A stretch of DNA of 55,570 nucleotides, the filler included, from Platydemus manokwari (lineage: Eukaryota), in the NCBI GenBank assembly GCA_037951405.1. It is 5 parts of 5 records of this genome, joined end to end, with 100 filler letters (N's around TTAATTAATTAA, not from the genome) between each part and the next. Parts side by side here need not be neighbours in the genome. Positions count along the whole stretch, not along the records: positions 43,261 to 55,570 come from JBBMOY010195561.1; 4 more parts are not named here. One strand, 5' to 3'. Each line of letters begins with the position of its first letter. The stretch's first letter is position 1. The position numbers and the translations under genes were made by a program. Shown here one piece after another: positions 48,691 to 55,570 of the stretch. The notes beneath the pieces were generated by a model, which had not been told where the DNA came from, searched no databases, and saw only the letters and a program-made list of their open reading frames with translations.

Positions 48691-51600
48691 TAATTCAAAC
48701 GATGATCGGTAATTGCATGAAAAGCGAAAAAAAATAAATCCAGAAATAAAAATTTGAAATCCACTTGCTTTGTATACAAGTCAAGACTGTTAGTTTTAAT
48801 TAAATATCACTCTCGTTATGCACACGAGACATCTTGTCTAATACTGTGATTTCATAGGTTAATAAAATCAATAAATCAAACCAACCAATCAGATTCGAGA
48901 TATAATATTATGAGTTTGTAAGACTATTTTTAAGTATTTTAGATGTATTATAATTTTTTCCAGTCGACTTTTTTTTATTATTTAAAAATATAATTGATTT
49001 ATTGATGAAAATAGAAAAAATCTGGAAAACAACATATTAAATATTCATTAGAAATATTATATTAGATTAAATAGGATCTTTCAAAGATGTCTTGATGGGA
49101 TATCATTTGTCAACAAATGGATTATATTATGTAATCGATTCTTGTTTCTAAGTGGATAAGAAGTAGCGATTGTTGATCAGGTGTTCCGCAAACAGGCAAA
49201 CTATTGCATTCTAAGCAAACAACAGAATGTACAATTCCAACAAATAAACATGCGCAATCACTGTACAAATTTTTGACCAGGTGGTTGCATCTCGGTGAGA
49301 TATTATCTGATTAAAATTGGATAGAAATCGTCATGTTAACTAGTCGAAGAATAATCCATTCTCAGTAGGAAGCTGTTACCCAGTAGCTATGTAACTGCAT
49401 TACATTTTGATAAGGATTACCATTTTAGCTGGCAGTTATCAAATGAGATCAATAAAATGAATTGCCAATTGTCATGGTGATGCACATTCCTTTTAGACAT
49501 TGTGTATTATCGATTGTTCGGTTCATTGAAAGTAGATTTGGCGAGCTTTAGATTGTGATAAGATTGAAAAAGTCATTTTTGTATTATGGAATGTTTTTTT
49601 TGTTAATCTAAACGAAAATGTCAACGAAAAAAAAATTTATTAGCACATAAATATTAGGGAAAAAATTTTTGTCGATATATTTTTTTTGATCAGGTCTAAA
49701 ATAAATTTACATTGATAAAACGTCTCGCTAATGAAATAAAATTCCAACACTGGTAATTGAGTTTCGGAACATAATTGGAATATTTCGGAAAGTCAATTGA
49801 GTGAACGCTATAAATTTCAGACTGTGTATTTGATAAAATAAATCACAATCTCAGCTGAATTCCCCCGGTTTGGGAGTGAATTTCGAAAATGAATTAAAAA
49901 CCCTATCCTTTGGGAAAGTGTCTGAGAAATTTTGTTTTTAGAAGAAACCTGTCCAAAGTGTTTGTGACATTAATAATTACCAATTAATAGTTTAGGAAAA
50001 TATTTTTCACGTTTTTGTTTCGTGTTTATCTGTTATTATCGACGGTGGATCGTATTGGTGCATTCAGTCTGGTCAGGATTACTTTCAACTATCATGAATG
50101 GATTCAAAACGTGACTTCAGACATGAAGGATAGCACGATATTTTATCCATATTGTTTGTAAGCAAAAGAGAACAGATAGAAATGTTTATTTTGTCCATGA
50201 GTTAGTCATCGATGGAAAATCATGACGTAAAATTATAAGATGATGCAATTTGTGGGTTTCATGGAGGTCATTGATATCTCAAAGTAATTTGAGATTACTC
50301 GAATATATGTACATCCAAGGATGAAAGGTTAAGATTTTTGAGTTCATAACTAGCCACACCGAATGTGATTGAAATAAAGATTTTCAGAGATTCAATAAAA
50401 CACATCGATATAAGAATAACCCGCATCAATTATAATGGAATTATATTGGAATTTAAACCATTGCTTTGAAAGTTTGTCAGTAATTGGAATGAAAATTAGA
50501 ATAATGGTGGATTTATTTGACAATATAAAACTCACCACGCACTCTATGTGGGTTGGTCGGACTCGTGTCAGTTATCATAGGAGTGAATCCAGGCGTGAAA
50601 TTGTTTGTAAATAATGTCTCTCATTGTGAAAAATATTTGAGACTCATTGTAATTACGCCTAGCAACATAAATCTTAATGACATTTACTCATTCATATAAC
50701 TTATATCTCGTTGTGATGAATGGTTTCTCAATAGCTCATCTGAATTAATCGAATATGTTTCTTTATCATTTCATTACTTTTCAAATCCTGTTTCGATTTG
50801 TGGCTGTTTTAAATCACATTTAATTCAATGCTACCACCGATCGATTGCAAATAGAAAGATCCTGATAATTTTCGATCGATTTTTGCAGAATTTTTTTGTT
50901 ATCATTATCTGTAATTATACAATATTCAATGAGATTATTATTGGCATTTTTGGATTTAAGATAATGTGTTTTTTTATCTAATAGATTTTGCAGAATCACT
51001 GATAAATTTTCAGCCACGATTTCTGAAGAATTTATCAATATTTTTTCTCAATGACGTCATTGTTTGAGTTTGACAATGTTGTAAAAGAAAGAAATCCATT
51101 GCAAACCAAACTTACACCTGCATCTGTCAGTATTAATGTTTCAAACATCCTTTTGATCATCAATAATAAAACCTAATGGATACACTGACATACATTATGG
51201 CATATACTTATATCTGTTGATTATGTGAATGTTTTATTATCATGCCTTATGATGCAATAGATTGTTTTACACAATATTCAGATAATGATGTCGATCATGC
51301 CAATTTTATATGCGCAATAAATTTATCAAAATTATTTTATACTGAAATTTTATACGAGTTCATTTTTTAAAGATGAATGGAATAAGAATGCTTTGATTTC
51401 GACCGACAGTGATTTTTTCAATCATTATTTCGGTGATTTTGCAAGAGACATTCATTAATTGAGATTTGTTGAGTTTTGCTTTGTTGAAAGATTTCGTTAA
51501 ACAAAACACGCATAAATTGTTACATTTCCTCAAATTTCAGAAATAAAAAGGAATAAGGAAACAATTGATACAATTATATTGTAGGTAATAATAAATAATC

Positions 51601-54600
51601 AGAACAAAAGCTATTTTAATCGATTCAATATTATTGATAATATTATTTTATCGATAGATGTTTTCAAATATTTCCATTTTTTATATTGAGTCTTGGAAGA
51701 TCTTTAAATGCTTAAGTGATGGACAATGGAGCTGCTTTGATAAATGAAAACGAGAAAATTATGATATATCCATACTAGATGTATAGAGTGATAGAAATTG
51801 CTAGTTGTTTGAAAAGGATGGCATCATTTGAAAAAATAAAATAAGATTTAGCGAGTAGTTTTGTGTTGATTTATCAAGAAAACCGTCTCATACGATGTCA
51901 TACAAAACTAATGGTTTGAAATATTGAAAAATAATGATTTATAATGGATATTAAAGTTGTGGTTATTTTAAATATAAGAGCAACTAAAATTGGCTTTTCT
52001 CGTGGATGAATGTTGACAGTAGAATTGTTAAATAAAATTGAAGATCGAATTGTTTTAACAAATTTCTTTGATAATGGAATTGTATGGCTATAACATTGAT
52101 CATTTTCATTACATGTTAAGAACAGCCGCTTTGGCTTTTAAAGAAATTTTATAATCTTCTGCGTTTCGGACATGACTTTGTAAAAATAAGTAAAGTGATA
52201 AATTCAAAAATAAAATTGGTGATTATATGACCATGAAAGTTTGTAGATTGAACCAATGATAATTCCAATAGGTAGCCTATAGATATATTGGATTCACAAT
52301 GTTTTCTAAATATTAATATCGGATAATATCTTTTTAAAATATTTTTTATTGATGAATTCGAACCAAATATTATTTTACCGTACTATAACTTGGGCTTGGG
52401 TATTTGCTGTAATATAATATGCATATTCATCACAGTAATCATTTCATGAAGTTACTGTATCTTACTACATGTATCAATGATAAATCAATAACCCAAGTGG
52501 AATCGGGAAAAGTAGAGCACACAAACTTCTGAGTTTAAATTACAATGCAAACATGACACATTGACAGCTGAAGTCAATCGAAAGAATGAAATGTATTTGT
52601 TTTGGTTATGTCAGTGTCAAGTAGTATTATTTGGAGTCAGTAAACATTTTAGAAGCAACTTCGATTTTAAATTTCAACAATCACATCAATATAAATGAAT
52701 GAACATGAAAGCTAACAGATTATTTAGATTGCACAAATAAAATATTTTAATGAGAAACAACCATTAAACAGAAAATATAAAGATTAAGTAAAAAACCTAA
52801 AAGCCTTAGTTTTGATACGATAACATTTATAACCTCGGTGCCAATTGAATTAATACTATATACCTGGCAATTGGGGGATAAAATTTTGAAACTCATTTCA
52901 CATTGTGAATTTTTTTTCGAAGTGACAAATTATGTCAATACTATTAAATCATAAAAGAAAATTGCTTTTTAACTTATCAATTTTTGATTTCGACAAAAGT
53001 TTTTATGATATTTGATATACAAATCAAGCATTTTCAAATTAACTCATTGACGAACCCTAGGAACAAATGAAGTTCGAAATTGTCGGTTATAGACGCGAGT
53101 GTCCGTCAACGTGTTAATAAGAATTATACAAAACGTAATACGTTCATCATAACGTTTCATTCCAATGATTAAAAATGTCGTCATTTGCATTTTGATAGGC
53201 TTTCGGGTATGACGAGAAATTTCATTATATTCAATTAACAGATTAGCTGGGACATTTTATTGTTCAATTCCTTTATTATTTCTCAAATAAGATATTAAAC
53301 TTAACATTGAAAATGATTGTTATTGAAAGGGCATAATATTGCACGTGTATGTATGTCCACTTCACGTGTTTCGCACACTTCTAAGTAGGAAGTAGTGAAC
53401 ATTGATTCAAATTTAAGATTCACTTATTGTATCAACTGTAGCAAGTAGAATTTTTGTCTTCACTATATGTTGAGTAAAGAATAACGAAAAACGATTCTGC
53501 ACCTTGAAACCCTTATTTTTGCTCTTCAAGTATTTGAGTGCCTACACAGCCATGTGGGCAAAGTAATCAACCAAATGGATAGAACTTATATGTAAGATTC
53601 TAATTCGAAAATGGACATAACTACTCAGTAGCACAAGTATAAGGATTGACCAATCCCGATCACAAAAAATCAATAAATTCAAATGGAACCTGAGAAATAA
53701 ACTCCACGTCGAAATGTGACATACAAAGTAAACACATCTCAAGTATAAATACTGATATAAAGATGTTGGAAACGGAGTATTATGCCATTGTTTTGTATTG
53801 ATTTATGGAGAATTTCATCAAGTTTTAGATTCATTTGTGTACGTACTGATCAGTGAAATATGGATTGCAACCTTCAATTCTTTTGGACACTATATATTTG
53901 TTAATCTTTCGGATTACATCATATAATCATAAGCATTATTAAATTTTAAAAGAAAGAACAACAAATAACCATCAATGAAATATAATTCAAAAGCGATATT
54001 GTTGTGATGAAACTGTGAAACATCTTCAAACAGTATATGGTATACAAATTAGATCTGCTTCGTCATTATCGACCTTCATATATGACACTGTTTCACAAAG
54101 GTTCTTAGATCCAAATTTGAGCATTTCCAGATTCGAAAGATTATACACTGAAAATAATAAATATAAACATTTAATAATAATAGAAACATTTGTTGATAAT
54201 TAAATAAAATTATTTTCATTATTGTAATTACTTAAACTCGTATTTTCGGAATGATCTCTCTGTCTGTGCTAATTGATTGGATTAATACATTTTTGAAGAG
54301 CAGTTCCAGTTGTTTATAAATTATACATTATTTTATTTTATTTTGAAAAAAAAGTCTGACAACAGGTAAGAATGTATTTTATTAATTTTTCTATTTATAG
54401 TCTTCATCATTATAATTAATTGCATTGCTTTAATTCGGGAAATTTTCATTAAAATCAATTTGTTTTGAGTTATCTAGGAGAAAATAGCTGAATAAGAACC
54501 AAATTATTTGGAAATATTCCAGTGTCTGCAAATAATGGAAAATCAAAGAAAACATTTAATATCAGAGAATACATCAGCACATTTTTTAAAGATTCCTACT

Positions 54601-55499
54601 GTGTTATCTATTGTATGATCTTCATTTCAAATATTAGAGTACAATTGAGAAAAATTCTCTTAAATATTTGATCTTTAAAAGATTTTATTCGTCAATTTTA
54701 AACATGAAGAAAAAGCAGAGCCCATTAAGACAAAAAACCAGACATTTCGAATATTATTACGTTAATTTACAATTTCAAGAAAAATTATAATCAATAATTT
54801 ATTAAAACAAAAAATTGAGTCCATCTTTTAAAAAAGTGCATTATCTCCCATAAAAATCTAAATATCTACCAAATAAATACATTGTCGAGAAAACTTGATT
54901 GGTAAATAAAATTTGATATTATCGGCTGAAACGTGTTCTGGTTCGATTGGCAATTTTGTAAATTCAATAAATAATTTAAAATAACTCAAATATAAAATGT
55001 AGACTTACAAATATAAATGGATTATATTTTATGACGCAATAACTGTAAGCCACTGCAATTTTATAAAATGACAAGAAAGTCACAACACAAAATTATATGT
55101 TTAGCCATAATTATTTAAATAAATTGATATATTTTGATATTAATTTATAAATAAACAATTCCTCACAATGACATTGACAAACAAAAGTCCAAAAAAATTC
55201 TCTGTGTACCGAGAATTGAAAAATATAATTTTGAAAAACAGCAAATGGATGTAGTCAATAAAATGTATGAAAAAACAGTTTCCAAGATAATAATATTGAA
55301 TTTTCAATTTCACTTTGTAATCTCCACGAATTGATGCAATTGTATGTCCTTACAGTCATGGAATCGGTGCAGTGCAATTTTGAAAATGATATCAGTGCTT
55401 TTTGAAATAAGATTCAGCTATATCAGAATTAATTATATAACGATGGTTACGCCACTCAAGGAATATTAGTCAGTCTTGACAATCATGTATTCATTTTTC

Positions 55500-55532
55500 A
55501 TAATGATGATGATAATAATAATAATAATACTG

Positions 55533-55570
<38 letters not shown>
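55500..55570. repeat. (GAT)/(AAT)n microsatellite
   Basis: Trinucleotide array at the end of the window. Confidence 0.9.

Noticed and set aside
52853-52882. U1 snRNA-like start (ATACTATATACCTGGCA); also CTTACCTGGCA at ~5782
   Set aside because: No U1 stem-loops or Sm site follow; only a short match.

Overview
AT-rich eukaryotic (metazoan, invertebrate-like) genomic DNA with many short GT-AG introns of about 40-60 nt. It is not one continuous locus: four identical 100-nt linkers (N44-TTAATTAATTAA-N44) join five sequence pieces, so adjacency across them should not be trusted. I spliced the genes by hand and recognised six. (1) The last exon of a TFAP4/cropped-type bHLH-ZIP factor, with a frameshifted mitochondrial EF-Tu fragment lying antisense upstream of it. 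(2) The LBD/TMD half of a kainate/AMPA-type glutamate receptor with a genomically encoded Arg at the Q/R site. (3) A divergent TAF1-like gene that keeps the central domain and zinc knuckle but has no bromodomains; duplicated 93-nt exons and an acidic tail sit in their place. (4-5) A tail-to-tail ZC4H2 / SMNDC1 (SPF30) pair. (6) A KIF26 (kinesin-11)-like gene with no recognisable P-loop or switch II. Mobile DNA includes a decayed mariner, a decayed Merlin-type element, Tc2/pogo-like and hAT MITEs, retroelement-like relics and a (CCAAT)n-type satellite. I found no CRISPR array, rRNA or convincing tRNA, and no multi-gene novel system. The most unusual items are the bromodomain-less TAF1-like gene and the hard-wired Q/R-site Arg. 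All family assignments rest on motifs recalled from memory, not database searches.
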